From assembly GCF_009834535.1 (NCBI RefSeq), contig NC_045697.1:102054001-102118000 (forward strand): a stretch of DNA of 64,000 nucleotides, written 5' to 3'. Shown piece by piece: positions 49,323-61,495 of this stretch. The notes beneath the pieces are model-generated. The model saw nothing but the letters and a program-made list of their open reading frames with translations, did not search any database and was not told the DNA's origin. A program made the translations under genes and the position numbers. Each line of letters starts with the position of its first letter. Positions within the stretch are counted from its first letter, which is position 1. The stretch comes from Camelus ferus (Eukaryota).

Positions 49323-50624
49323 ATACTATCTACCCCACACCAGGCATTTCTGAGGATCAGACGAGATAATCTGATGTGCTATTTGTATTTATTAATACCT
49401 TGCCTTTTGGGATATTAATAGTAGATGTGAGGTGGCTCATAGTAATGACTCAAGGATATATAATACTGAACTATAAAGAGAAAATTGGGACAAAGAAAAA
49501 GACAGTAAGAATCGTAGTCATAACAGACAATGATCCAGGTTTCAAATTTAACTGGGAGTTTCAAGGTAGCCAAAAGAAAAAGTGACACAGAATTGATGTT
49601 TCTTACATGGAAAGCTTGATGCATGAGTTCCTCAGGAGAAGCAGAGCACTTCTTAGAAGGAAAAACCTAGAAGGAATTTTTTCATGGCGAGGTTACAGTG
49701 AGAGATGTGGCAGACAGTCTCCATAACAGTGTTTTACAGCAACATTAATATGGTCTCTGTTAAGGGGCTAAGCAACTTGCTCCAAGTAGGAAGCATGACA
49801 TCTGATGATACAATTTGATCTAAAGACTGAAATTAAAGTACTCCGCTCTGAAGTTAAAAAAAATTCTCCCATTTGTTCCTTGTGTTTTTATAATTCCATA
49901 TTTTATTCATTTAAATCTTCCATCAGTCTGGCATTTATTTTGGTGGTGTATATAAAATAGAAATAAAAGTTAATTATTTTTTTCAAGGTGGCCATTCAGT
50001 TGTTCAAACACCATTTGTTGAATAGTTTACTAATTTAAAAGGCGACTTTTAGCATCTCCTAAACTGCCCTATCCCTTCGGATCTGTATCTGGACTTAGCC
50101 CTCTTCCATTGCTCCATCTGTGCCTGTATCACCATCTTACATCACTGCACTGCTTTAATTATAGCATCTTTATTGTGTATTTTAATATCTGTTTGGGTCA
50201 TAATGCATTTCAGTATCTGGCTATTCTTCGTTTATTTTTATATGCATGGCATAATCACGCACTCGCTTTCCAGAAGAATCATGATGCTATTTGTTATTGA
50301 GATCATGTTGAATTATTATTAATTTATATATACGATGTTAGGCCTTCTGACACAAACATGTGATTTTTCCATTGAGTATAGCTGATGTACAATATTAAAT
50401 TAGTTTTAGGTGTACAACATAGTGATTTATAATTTTTAAAGGTTATATTCCGTCTACAGTTATGATACAATACTGGCTATAGCCCCTGTGGTATAAAATA
50501 TACCCTTGTAGATTATTGATTTTACGCATTATAGGTTGCACCTCTTAATTCCCTATCCCTATCTTGTCCCTCCTACTTTCTTCCTATATGTCACCAATGG
50601 TTTGTTCTCTACCATCTGTGAGTC

Positions 50625-51151
50625 TGTTGCTGAGTCCAAGCTCATACTGCTTGCTGCACGACAGGCCAATAAATTAAGAGATGAGGCACTGGGGCAAGGA
50701 ATAGCGACTTTATTTGGAAAACCAGCTAACTGAGAAGACGGTGAACTAGTGTCTGAAAGAACCGTCTTACCCAAGCTAGAATTTAGGCTTCTTTTATACT
50801 AAAAAGGGCAGGAATGTGGCTGGTTTTTGCACACTTCTTGGTGCCAGAATCCCTTCTTTATGTTTCCAGCTGTCCACATAGGTCTGGTCACAATGTTCCT
50901 TAACCCTCCAACAAGACAGTTGTTATTTTCTGTTCTGCAACTCTTAATTAATCTCTACATGAATGGAGAAGTGTCATAGCTTTAAAGGTCAGAGCCTTGA
51001 GAATGGGCTCTCCTGTATATTTCAGGCTATAGGCAACATTCTTTTATAAAAGGGGCAGAGCCAACATGACTAAGCACAAGCAACAGAGCTTAGAGGTTAG
51101 AGCTAAAGGAATGGGTCCAATATGGAGTCAGGTTTGTTCTTCTCTGTTATA
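50625..51151 (-). mobile_element. Solo LTR (ERV1-type, second family) inserted into an L1 3' fragment
   Basis: TG...TA(CA) ends, minus-strand TATAAAA and AATAAA, TSD AGTC/AATC; the host L1 sequence resumes in register after it. Homologous to 56204-56697. Confidence 0.85.
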
Positions 51152-52589
51152 AATCTGTTTCTTTTTTCTTATATTCACTAGTTTGTTTTTGCTAGCATGT
51201 GATTTGAATTTCCATGTATTCTTCTTTCCATTTGTTTTGTTTTTCTTATTTTTGTCCCTTCCATTATGAAGTACTCTTGATACAACTTTTGTATTTTGTT
51301 AACTACTTTCCCAGGTATTTTTGTTGTTGTTATTGAATACAGTGTATCTTAACCTATTTTACATCATATACCTGGTGGCTGTTTATATATGTAAAGGCAA
51401 TTAACTTCTGTATATTTACTTTTTCCTCCACCACTGTACCAACTTGTCTTATTATTTGGAATAGTTTTCTTAGATGAATTTCTGATATTTTCTACATGTA
51501 CTATCATATTATCTACACAAATGATAATTTTATCTGCTCCCCTCCAATTTTTATGCTGATTATGTATTTTCTGTGTTTATTGCATTGCCATGTACTATTG
51601 GTGATAGTGAGGCTCTTTGTCTTACTCCTAACTATAGTTTTAAATGTTTTCCATTGAGCAAGGTGCTGACCAATGCTATCATGTTTAGGAAGAACCCATT
51701 TGTTCCTATTTTAAGATCTGTACCTTTGCTTTTTTAACAATACTGGATATTGAATTTATCAAGTTCTTTTTCAGCATCTATAGAGATGATAATACGATTT
51801 TTCTCTTTAAATCAACAACTCTTAGTTATAAGATTTTCTTACAGTGGATCACCTTGAATATCTGACGGAATATTTTGGTAATATTTTATTTGGAATTTTG
51901 CTTCTATATTCATAAGTGAGTGTAGTTTATAATTTTTTATGTGATCATGATGGTTTTTAGTATCAATGTTATAGTTTTGTAACAATAATCTAAAAGGATC
52001 CTTTTTCTGTACTCTAGAATAGTTTAAGAACATTGGGATTTTAGTTTCTAAAATATTTGGTAAAATGCTACTATGAAATTAATTATATTGCTTTATTTGA
52101 GGGAATGGCTGCTCTGACAAATTTCTCTATTTTTAATGGTAATTCATCTGTTTAGATTTTTTATATTTCTGGAGTTAATTTTGGTAATTTATATTTTCTC
52201 AGAAAATAGTCATGCATGCAGGTTTTCAAATTTATTTTCTTAGAATTGAGAAATTATTTTCAATAATATCATAATTTTGTTTATACCTATTGATTTTGAT
52301 ATCTTGTCTTTTTAACTTTGTGCTCCCTTTTCTTGATTAGATTATCTAATAGTTTATCTATTTTTGTTAACTTCCTCTCTGAGAAATCAGTTCTTGGATA
52401 TATTTATTGTCTCTACCTTTTCCTGTTTTCTCCCTTTGATTTTCTAATTCCTGTCCTTAAGTTCATTTTTTAAGTTTTTCTAACCTTTTGAGTTTAATTT
52501 TAAAAATTTTTTGTAGCTTATTTTTTTAAGTATAAAATTTATTTTTCTTTTCAGAGTGTCCATAATCTGGCCCTTTAAAAAATTTTTTT

Positions 52590-53123
52590 AATGAAAACAT
52601 GATGATCCAAAACCTATGAGATGCAGCAAAAACAGTTCTAAGAGGGAAATTTAGAGCATTACCTCAAGAAAAAATAAAAATCTCCAACAAACAACCTAAC
52701 CTTACACTTAAAGCAATGAAAGAAGAAAGAACAAACAAAACTCAAAGTTAGCAGAAGGAAAGAAATCATAAAGATCAGAGCAGAAATAAATGAAACTGAG
52801 ACTAAAAACAAAATAGAAAAGATCAATGAAATGAAAAGCTGGTTCCTTGATAAGATAAACAAAATTGATAAACCTTTAATCAGACTTATCAAGAATAAAA
52901 AGGAGAGGGCCCAAATTAATAAAATGAGAAATGAAAAAGGAGAAGTTACAACAGACACCATAGAAGTACAAAGGATCATAGGAGACCACTACAACTACAC
53001 GTCAATAAAATGGATAACCTAGAAGAAAAGGACAAATTCTTAGAAAGGCACAGTCTCCCAAGACTGAACCAGGAAGAAATAGAAAATATGAACAGACCAA
53101 TTACCAGTAATGAAACTGAATCA
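52590..53123 (+). mobile_element. Internal L1 ORF2 fragment (post-endonuclease region), no poly(A)
   Basis: Encodes KSWFLDKINKIDKPLIRLIKNKKERAQINKMRNEKGEVTTDTIEVQRII, canonical L1 ORF2p, with frameshifts. Confidence 0.9.
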
Positions 53124-53899
53124 TTTTTTGGCTTATTAATATAAGTGTTTAAGGTAATGGATTTTTCTTTTCAGTACTGCTTTATCTGTGTCAAAGATAA
53201 TAACAGCTAACATTTAGTAAGTGCTTAACATATTTTAGGGACTGTTCTAAAATTTTTCAGCAGCACCGTTAGGTAGTTATGATTATTATCACCACCATTT
53301 ATCAGTGAAGAAACTTAGCCCTGAGGAAACAGACAACAGTAACAACAACACTGAAACAAAGAACGTTCTTTTCCAAGTCAGCCAGCCATCAAAGGTCTCT
53401 ATGAATATGGGAAGCAGGGCATATGCTAAGATTTGTCTCAGCTCTGATCTCTGGTTAGTCCAAATTATTTTTTTACATACCAAACAAAGCACTAATGCAT
53501 CTCTCTCTCTGCTGGCTTGTGAAGAAGAGAATTTGCCTTTGTTTAATACTAGGAATTGCTTAACAGGCAGGGATAAGTTTGCAAGGGAAGTCTGGAGACA
53601 GAAAGACGGCAAAAATGAGGCAGAGTTGTTCATATGCTCTGTGTGTGACTCACCACTGATAGATGTGTCACTGGGGCTAGGTGGAGGGTCAGATACAATA
53701 CTGAGCTTCCTCATTGCACCCCAGACAACTGGACTTTTCTTATATCATCTTATATCCCCCTCTCAGGATTCTTCACTTCTAAAAAAGTCAAGAATCAGTA
53801 CTTGGACAAGTGGTCAAGAAGAAGCAGTATGCTGGCTTCTTTACGGGTAATCGTAGAAAGGGAGAGAGGACACACATTCTTGCAGGCTTATATCTGTAT

Positions 53900-54450
53900 T
53901 ACAAATAGGGGTATGCTCTTTTAAAATCAACATAATAACACCCTCCTAGATGACCTGCACACACTCCCTTCATCCTAGGTCATCTGAGTTCATTCACACT
54001 GGCTGCAGCTTATTGGAACAGGTATGGACATCACATTCAAAGTAGGTCATTAAAGATCTCTTTCCTAGGAATTGGAACACAGGGACTTTAGTTAACTTCT
54101 GTTGGACTTTTAATTAGAGAGACCATTTAAAACTGGGTCTCGGCAATCATGAGCACACTAAAACAGAGAAAGTGAGAGAGAGGGAGAGAGGGAGAGACGG
54201 AGAGGGAGAGAGAGAAATGTGGCATATATGAAGTGTCAGTAGAAATCGAGGGTTCTGTGACCCCAGAAGAGAGAGAGAAAATAACCTCGTTTATTAACTT
54301 TCAGTCCCTGGTTCCAGTTCTTTGTGAGACCTGATTGTTTCTCCTACCATTGAGTTTCATGAGACAGTCTTACATTTTTTCTTTTGCTTAAACTTAATTC
54401 ATTGAGTTCTGTTGATTGACAGTAACGGAACAAACAGTCCCTAACTAAGA
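53900..54450 (+). mobile_element. Old MaLR LTR (MLT1J/K/L-like) with (GA)n
   Basis: Terminal TTTTGCTTAAAC...GAGTTCTGTTGATTGAC...CCCTAACTAA pattern; very diverged. Confidence 0.5.
54173..54214. repeat. Imperfect (GA)n purine tract
   Basis: GAGAGAGAGGGAGAGAGGGAGAGACGGAGAGGGAGAGAGAGA. Confidence 0.9.
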
Positions 54451-54841
54451 AAGAAATGTTAGCACCAAAGAATTTGAAAGGAGAGAAATACAATGCAATG
54501 CCAAGTGGATATATATATATATATATACCCTAAAATAGCATATTAAAATCTGTCCTACATTCCATGGTACACCTTGAAATATGTTTATTCATGACTAGAA
54601 TTGAAAGAGGTGATAATGTATGCTAAATTAAAATGGTGAATATTATATAATCACAAACTAAAAGGAGGACTGATGATAATTAGGTCATCTTATTTTCCCC
54701 ACATATTTTTTGAAGAGGGGAAACTATGCCATTATAATACAGTATGGCACCCGGATAAGAAATATTATTAAATATTAAACATTTAAAAGTTTAATACAGG
54801 ATTTGGCTTTGGCTTCTTTTTTGCTTTTAAAAGTTTTCTAG

Positions 54842-55784
54842 GCCTCTCCTCTCCCGGCCGAAGAGAGAGCTTCCGGGACCATGTTTCGGTCACAAGCTGA
54901 CGGCCCTCGACTACCACAACCCTGCCGGCTAAAATTGCAAAGATGAAACAGAATTTAAAACTTTATTGATTGGCTTGAAGACCAGAAAATCAGACACTAC
55001 AAGACTGAAGACAGAGGTAATTTATGAAACATCCATAGCAGTGACTGGCCCAAGTTCTTTGAAAAGTATCTCAGAGATGTTCACTGTCCTTTCAAGATTC
55101 AAGATTGACAAGAAGCAATCGACTGGCTTCTTGGTTTAGCTGTTAGACTTGAATATGGAGGCAATGCTGAAAAATACAAGGACTTGGTACCTGATAATAC
55201 AAAAAATGCTGACAGTGCAGCTAAAAATGCAGAGCCATTGATCAATTTGGATATAAATAATCCTGATTTTAAGGCTGGTGTAACTGCTTTGGCTAACCCT
55301 CAGATTAGAGTCAGGACGATTACCTGGTAATGCTTAAGGCAATTCGCATTTTGGTCCAGGAGTGCCTGACACAGGATGCAGTTGCTAAAGCAAATCAAAC
55401 AAAAGGCGGCCTGTCTGTTGCTTTAGATAAGCATATTCCTGGTTTTGACACAGGAGATGCAGTTCTTAACGATGCTGCTCAGATTCTGCGATTGCCACAC
55501 ATAAAAGAGCTCAGAGAACTACAGACAAAAATTAACAAAGCCATAGTAGCTGTTCAGGCGATTACTGCCAATCCACAGACAGACCACAGACTGGGGAAAG
55601 TTGCAGATGAACGTTTTAGGATTTCAGCTTCTCACCTACTTAGTACAGCTGGGAACCAGGGACGCTCTGGCATATGTTTGGAAATGTCATGTTTTCGAGG
55701 GAAGAATCCCAGAAAGCTGACTATGTTCCAGAGATTACCATCGTTGCTTTTTCTTTAATAAAGTTGGGGCAAGTGAAAAAAAAA
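54842..55784 (+). pseudogene. RTRAF: Processed pseudogene of RTRAF (C14orf166/CGI-99; RTCB tRNA-ligase complex subunit)
   Basis: Intronless match to the recalled RTRAF CDS from ATG 54881 (KLTALDYHNPAG...WLEDQKIRHYK...MLKAIRILVQ...TDHRLGKV) to the ancestral TGA at 55608-55610. Premature stops at 54930-54932, 55025-55027 and 55106-55108 plus several 1-nt indels. AATAAA at 55757-55762, A-tail at 55776-55784. TSD AAAAGTTTTCTAG (54829-54841) / AAAAGTTCTCTAG (55781-55793) at a TTTT/AAAA L1 endonuclease site. Confidence 0.95.
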
Positions 55785-56203
55785 GTTCTCTAGCAGCAGT
55801 TATTGCTCAAGTGTTAGAATTCCACCTGGGCAAGAAGTTGAAATTTTTAAGATAACTTGTTGAATAGGCTATATTCAACAAATATGTATTGAATACCTCT
55901 TCTGATCTGAGCATACAGTCCTAAACCCAACTGGTGTCTAATAGGTTAGGCCACAGGAAGTTGTTTCTAGATAAATGGAAAGATCAGGAGGAAGCAAAGC
56001 CTGGGAGAACAAGCATGAATTGCCAGCCAGTGAGGAGCACATTCAGGTCAGACTCTATCTGGCTCCAAACCGTCTGTTCACTTCCTGTTCAGCCAGTGGA
56101 GTAAATCTCCGACCTTGAAATCCAAGGCTCCCAGAAGAACTAAGACTTTCATGAGCCCTAGAAAAGAACTGCAATTTGCAGGATGAGAAAATGAAAGCAC
56201 TGC

Positions 56204-56697
56204 TGTTACTGAGTCCAAATTGCTCACCCCGACACATCAATAATTTGGGAGATGAGCTGTTGTGTCAAGGAATAATGACTTTATTGGGAAAACCAGCAGA
56301 CAGAGAAGACAGGGTAATAGCATCCTAAAGAACCATCTTACCCACGTCAGAATTCAGACTCCTTTTATACTAAAAAGAGGAAGGAGTGTGGTTAGTTGTT
56401 GCAAACTTCTTGGTGTCAGAATCCTTTGTTCTTGCAGCTGCCCACCTAGGTCAGGTTATGATGTTCTGGTAAACCTCCAGCAAGACGTGCAACTTTTTAT
56501 CTCTATACAAATGGGAAAGTGTTATACCCTTAAAGGTCAGAGCCTTGCGAATGGGCTATTCTGTAAGTTTTAGGCCATAGGCAACATTCTATTACAAAAG
56601 ATGAAGAACCAGCATGACTCACCACTGGAAACAGAGCACAGGTTTAGAGCTAAAGGAACAAATTAACATGGAGTTAGATTTGTTCTTCCCTATTACA
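56204..56697 (-). mobile_element. Solo LTR, same family as 50625-51151
   Basis: TGTTACTGAGTCCAA...CCCTATTACA; colinear similarity with 50625-51151; no PBS or PPT adjacent. Confidence 0.85.
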
Positions 56698-57513
56698 CTT
56701 GTTCAGAAAAATCCAGAAGGTAGCAGTGTATTCTTTTAAGAAGAGATCAGCTGGAATGTGCTTCATGCAAAGAGAGCTAAACTACAGAGTACAAAATACA
56801 ACATCATGACCAGTCCAAAACCAAAGAGCGAGAACATTTCCTGACACACAAATTTCTACAGGAGGAAAGAGAATGTGAAACAATACACCCTCTCATCACC
56901 CTCTCACATGCAAGGTAAAATTAACACTAATTTACACATTTTAATCTATACTTTTATATACATTCCAGGGAGACCTAGGGGATGAGTAATGTGCTAATAT
57001 TGATCTCAGATAATTGCTTGCTACTACATCTCTCTGATTTTCCACCAGCAAATGGTGAAGCCTGGGGTTAGGAGAAAAAAAAAATCAAATATCACTACTC
57101 AGGTAAGAGCAGACAAGTATGTAAGGAAAAAAGAGAAAAAAAATTGTTGAATTTTGCTTGTTAAAACATCTACTGCTGACTACCACTGAATATGCATGAA
57201 TGACACCTCTAACAGCCATTTTCATATTTACAAATTTGGCATACTGGCAGTTGAATTATTAGATAAAACATTCAAGTTCTTTTGCTTAACATAAAAAGGC
57301 AACAGATACCTCGGCAAGCCAGCAGACAACCTAGAGGGCTATTTTAAAAACACTGCTGAGACTTCCCTTCCTTTAGAATCTCTTGAAAATGGTCAATATA
57401 AAGAGAAGCAACTTGGAATCCTATTACAAACTTACACCACGATCCCAAAACCTGTACAGAAAGTAACAACATCTCAACACCAAAAATACCCCAAATCTCG
57501 AACAGTAAAGGCA

Positions 57514-57726
57514 ATAGATTTGTAGAAACTAACTACTATGCATAAAATAGATAAACAACAAGTTTACACTACATAGCACAGGCAACTATATTTAGAGTCT
57601 TGTAGTAACCTACAATGAAAAAGAATATGGAAGGGAATATACGTATGTTCATGTATGACTGAAACATGATGCTATACACCAGAAATTGACACAACATTGT
57701 AAACTGACTATACTTCAATAAAAAAA
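57514..57726 (+). mobile_element. L1 3' end, 5'-truncated
   Basis: Same L1 3' UTR ending ACTTCAATAAAAAAA; short TSD-like AAAGGCA. Confidence 0.85.
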
Positions 57727-59631
57727 GGCATCACTATATCCAAAATAAAAACAAAAAGTGAGAGCCCTAATTCCCTGTTACACTCACTTTTACACAAATC
57801 TCTCTATAGCTGTACACAGTCTACCAGCAATGGCTCAGTGAATCTCTATTCAAACTGATCTGAGGTAAGACTACGGAGTAAGATTTTAAAAAGATCTTTC
57901 CTCCCATAATTCTCCAAGATACATTGTTGTACTTTAAGAAGTTGGTAAGCTAAAAAACCTAGAGTATTACATACTCTTGATGGTTCTATAAAAATATTCC
58001 AACCATAAGTGAAAATTCTACCAAGAACACATTTTCAGTTTCACCCTAACACTGTAAAATATTAATTGCTTAGGGTTTTATTCATCTAATTGATTAGGCA
58101 AAATTCAATTGACTTCAGAGTAATATAGTTTATAAAAGAAAAACTGGATGTTTATAAAATTGGGGAGATAGAAAACAAATCTTGGTCTCACATTGATATA
58201 GATACAAACAACCTTTAATATTCTATTTATGTAACAAGAATTTGCCATTAAAAATGGCCTTTAACTGTTTTAACTTTTATTATTAGCTTTAAACATCTTG
58301 AAATAATCCAAGTATTTTAAAGCACTTGTCTGATAATATAATTCATCCGGAATAATACATGAAACTTCCCATAAGATTTCTCAGAGAATAAATCTGTGGC
58401 TGCATATTCTGAATGTGTGGATCCATTAAGCTAATTTTGTATACGGGCAGTTTTATGACCAAAGCGCAAAGCTTGTCAGGCTAATTTTTAAAGCAAAGTT
58501 AACTATGACTACTAAACTCTACACAGTAATTTTTGATACTTGATATCTACTTATTTATCCCAAAGGTATAATTTCCTTCCATATAAATAATTGCCTCCCT
58601 TTTGACCCCCAAAATAAAAAATACACTTAAAGACAAAGCAAGACAAAACAAAACAACAACAGAAGCACTTCTATCATGGATATTTCTACTTAATTCACAT
58701 TTTTTATATCAGATTTTAAGTATACATGATCAGGGTCCTGAATGTTCCTTATTTAATCCTTTTAAATCACCTCAACATTTCTCTGAACTTACATGCATCA
58801 ATTAATCATTAACCATAATGCTAAAGACATGGAGCTACACTAAACATGAAACCAAAATGTAAGGGATGAAGTTAGAGAGGTAAAAAAGAATCTAAATTAT
58901 ACTTATTTGTCTCCAAGAATGATAAACTTGCTACATTTGTTTAATACATTGGCAATAAAATCACTATTTAATAACAAAAACCCAGAACATCACAGTAAGT
59001 TAAAAGTATCTGATTAGAAACAGTTTGACATATTAAAATTTTATAAAGCAAAACCAGTAACTTAAATGATCATAGTTAACATACAAGAACAAAAACACTA
59101 ATAATATAGACTTTGATAGCATTAAATAACCATATCTATTTCAGGATTATATGGTAAATAGTAATATTTCCACCCCCAGGTTCTGCAGGTAAAACACAAT
59201 GTAATTCTGAGATATATTTCCACCCAAATCATGTTTTCTAGTATTCAATTCAAAAAGATGTACCAGCAACTGAGAAGGTGAATGTATTTCACCTTTCTAA
59301 ACAGATATTTTTATATGAACATCCTAAATTATCTACATGAGAGACTAGCATTTCAAGAGTGAAAAATTCATTTTTCTTATAGTGCATCAGCATTAAAATT
59401 TTTACACCAAACAGCTAGAATGTTTATTAAAATTAGTCTTATTAAGGTAAAACTTAAAGAATTACTCTGGAACATCTTTATTTCAACAAACAGATGAGAG
59501 AGAGGGAAACAGTCACAGAATAATGTAACATTTATAGTGTCACATAAAATGTAGATTAAATTATCAAAGAAAGGATTCAACTGACATCTTTAAAGCTTTT
59601 TGCAGATTTAACAAATAGTTTATTCTGCCAC

Positions 59632-59770
59632 ATGCTGGGCATTAGAATTACTTGGGGGAGATTTTATCATTCTGGTGACCAGACTGCATCCCAGAATTTT
59701 AAACCAGTACTTTGGGGTTAGATTTAGGTATCAATCATTTTGAGAATTTCCCAGGTGATTCTAATGTGCA
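59632..59770 (+). mobile_element. MER5-type hAT transposon fragment
   Basis: CATTAGAATTACTTGGGG...TTCCCAGGTGATTCTAATGTGCA. Confidence 0.65.
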
Positions 59771-60083
59771 TTCTTTCTCTATGTGGTTTTTTTTTTTTGT
59801 TTATTTGTTTTGAGATTATGTGTAAATTTTCACATTTATCCACATAAATTTATCTGTGGAACAAATTCAATTATTTTTAGCATCAATAAATTTCAATTGA
59901 AACCAATTTTTTTCAATGTTTTTAATTGAGGTAATGTCAGATTAAGACATAAATTATTTTCACAGTGGTACCATTTTCAGGAACAAATAATTATTAGTAG
60001 AAACTATAAAATCACACAATGTAGAGAATAAGATTGAAAAAGATGCAGAGAGAAATGAGACTTAAATCTTAACAGTGACGCAG

Positions 60084-60216
60084 TGTATTGATTAGATAGG
60101 GCTGCCATGACAAAATACCACAGACTGGAGGCTGAAACAACAGAAATTCATTTTCTCACAGTTCTGGAGGCTGGGAAATCCCAAATCAAGGGGTTGGCAG
60201 GGGTGCTTCCTCCTGA
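60084..60216 (-). mobile_element. MaLR LTR fragment (MLT1A-like)
   Basis: AGGGCTGCCATGACAAAATACCACAGACTGG...TTCTCACAGTTCTGGAGGCTGGGA. Confidence 0.8.
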
Positions 60217-60575
60217 ATAAACGTGGCTTTCCTTAGCTATCCCAGAATTCTGAAATCGTAAAACTAGAATAACAGATAAGACAGTAGGCGACCAATGCGT
60301 GACATGTTATATTTATAAATAAAAATGAATTTCTTTTTTACAGTATCTTTTCACTTCTGATGTTTAGTGTTAGTAATATGTGTAATATGTATAGTGTTTT
60401 GTATCATATAAGACAATATTGATATAGGTACTGATAGATGATTCATCTTGTAAACAGATGACATAAACTTACAGCATCTATCAATGCAGTATTGTAAATG
60501 TATTTTCTCTTCCTTATGATTTTCTTAGTAACATTTTCTTACCTCTAGCTAACTTTATTATAAGAATACAGTATA

Positions 60576-60728
60576 AACTTGTTTATACTGTATAGCACAG
60601 GGAACTATATTCAATATATTGTAGTAACTTATGGTGAAAGAGATTATGAAAAAAATATATGTTCCTATATGATTGAACTGTTGTACTGTACACCAGAAAT
60701 TGCACAACATTGTAAACTGACTAAACGT

Positions 60729-60783
<55 letters not shown>

Positions 60784-60788
60784 TTTAA
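60576..60788 (+). mobile_element. L1 3' end nested in Tigger2, tail occupied by (TA)n
   Basis: Perfect 14-bp TSD AAGAATACAGTATA at 60562-60575 and 60789-60802. Confidence 0.9.
60735..60780. repeat. (TA)23 microsatellite
   Basis: 46 nt of perfect TA repeat. Confidence 0.97.
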
Positions 60789-61074
60789 AAGAATACAGTA
60801 TATAATACATGTAAGTTTGAGGGAAGTCAAAAGTTAGAGAGGGATTTTCTACCATATGGGGAATCAGTGCCTTTAACCCACGTTGTTCAAAGGTCAACTG
60901 TGTAAAGAAAGCTGCTATAAACATTTATGTGCTGGTTTTTGTCTAGACACAAAATTTCAAATTAGTTGAGTAAACACCTAGAAGTGTGATTGCTGGATTG
61001 TGTGGTAAGGTTATGCTTAGTTTTGTATGAAACTGCCAAATGAATGAGAGTTCTGTTGCTCTATATCCCCATCT

Positions 61075-61495
61075 GAAGACTTTTATAGAGGAATAATTTA
61101 CAGTAGTATGGGCAGGGTTTAGGGAAGCAAGGAAGGGATGGCATAATGCCCTGGAGTATTAGCAATAATGCGTGTGGAGGGAAAGGAAACTGGAGAGAGC
61201 AGATGTATGGAGTGAGCTGCCTCTTTGGAGTTAAGGCTCTGGGGAGAGGGGCACAGAAAACTAGCCAACCCTTGGAGATCCAAAGAGCAGAGATTCATGG
61301 TAGAGAATATCCCAGTTTTACTCTTCTCCCATCTCCTGATTGTTTCCCTGTCTATGCCTCCCATTGACCAGACCTAACTGGAAACCAGAGCAGGACTCCT
61401 TTGATGCGATCTGAACAGGTCATCTGCTCCTTGCACAGAGTAGTCTGGAAAGAAGTTGACGATGTCTTGTGGGTCAAATGAAAATGCCTAGCATA
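61075..61495 (-). mobile_element. ERVL LTR (LTR33/LTR41-like)
   Basis: CCTCCCATTGACCAGACCTAACTGGAAACCAGAG...TTGATGC...GCACAGAG...CAAATGAAAATGCCTAGCA resembles the recalled consensus in reverse. Confidence 0.6.

Larger units (their letters stand above)
49860..53195 (-). mobile_element. Old, decayed L1 ORF2 region hosting several younger insertions
   Basis: T-rich antisense L1M motifs (CACCATTTGTTGAATAG, TTTTCAGCATCTATAGAGATGAT, TTTTGCTTCTATATTCATAAGTGA), interrupted at 50366-51190 and 52590-53123. Confidence 0.7.
60320..60900 (+). mobile_element. Tigger2/MER28-type Tc1-mariner remnant (one end), interrupted by L1
   Basis: Ends with TIR TTGTTCAAAGGTCAACTG; internal TGTAAATGTATTTTCTCTTCCTTATGATTTTCTTA motif. 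Confidence 0.8.

Noticed and set aside
50625..56697. Two same-family, same-orientation LTRs ~5 kb apart read as one provirus that captured RTRAF
   Set aside because: No PBS or PPT; the left LTR has its own TSD and splits an L1 that resumes in register; the interval is old L1/MaLR DNA; the RTRAF copy has its own L1-type TSD.
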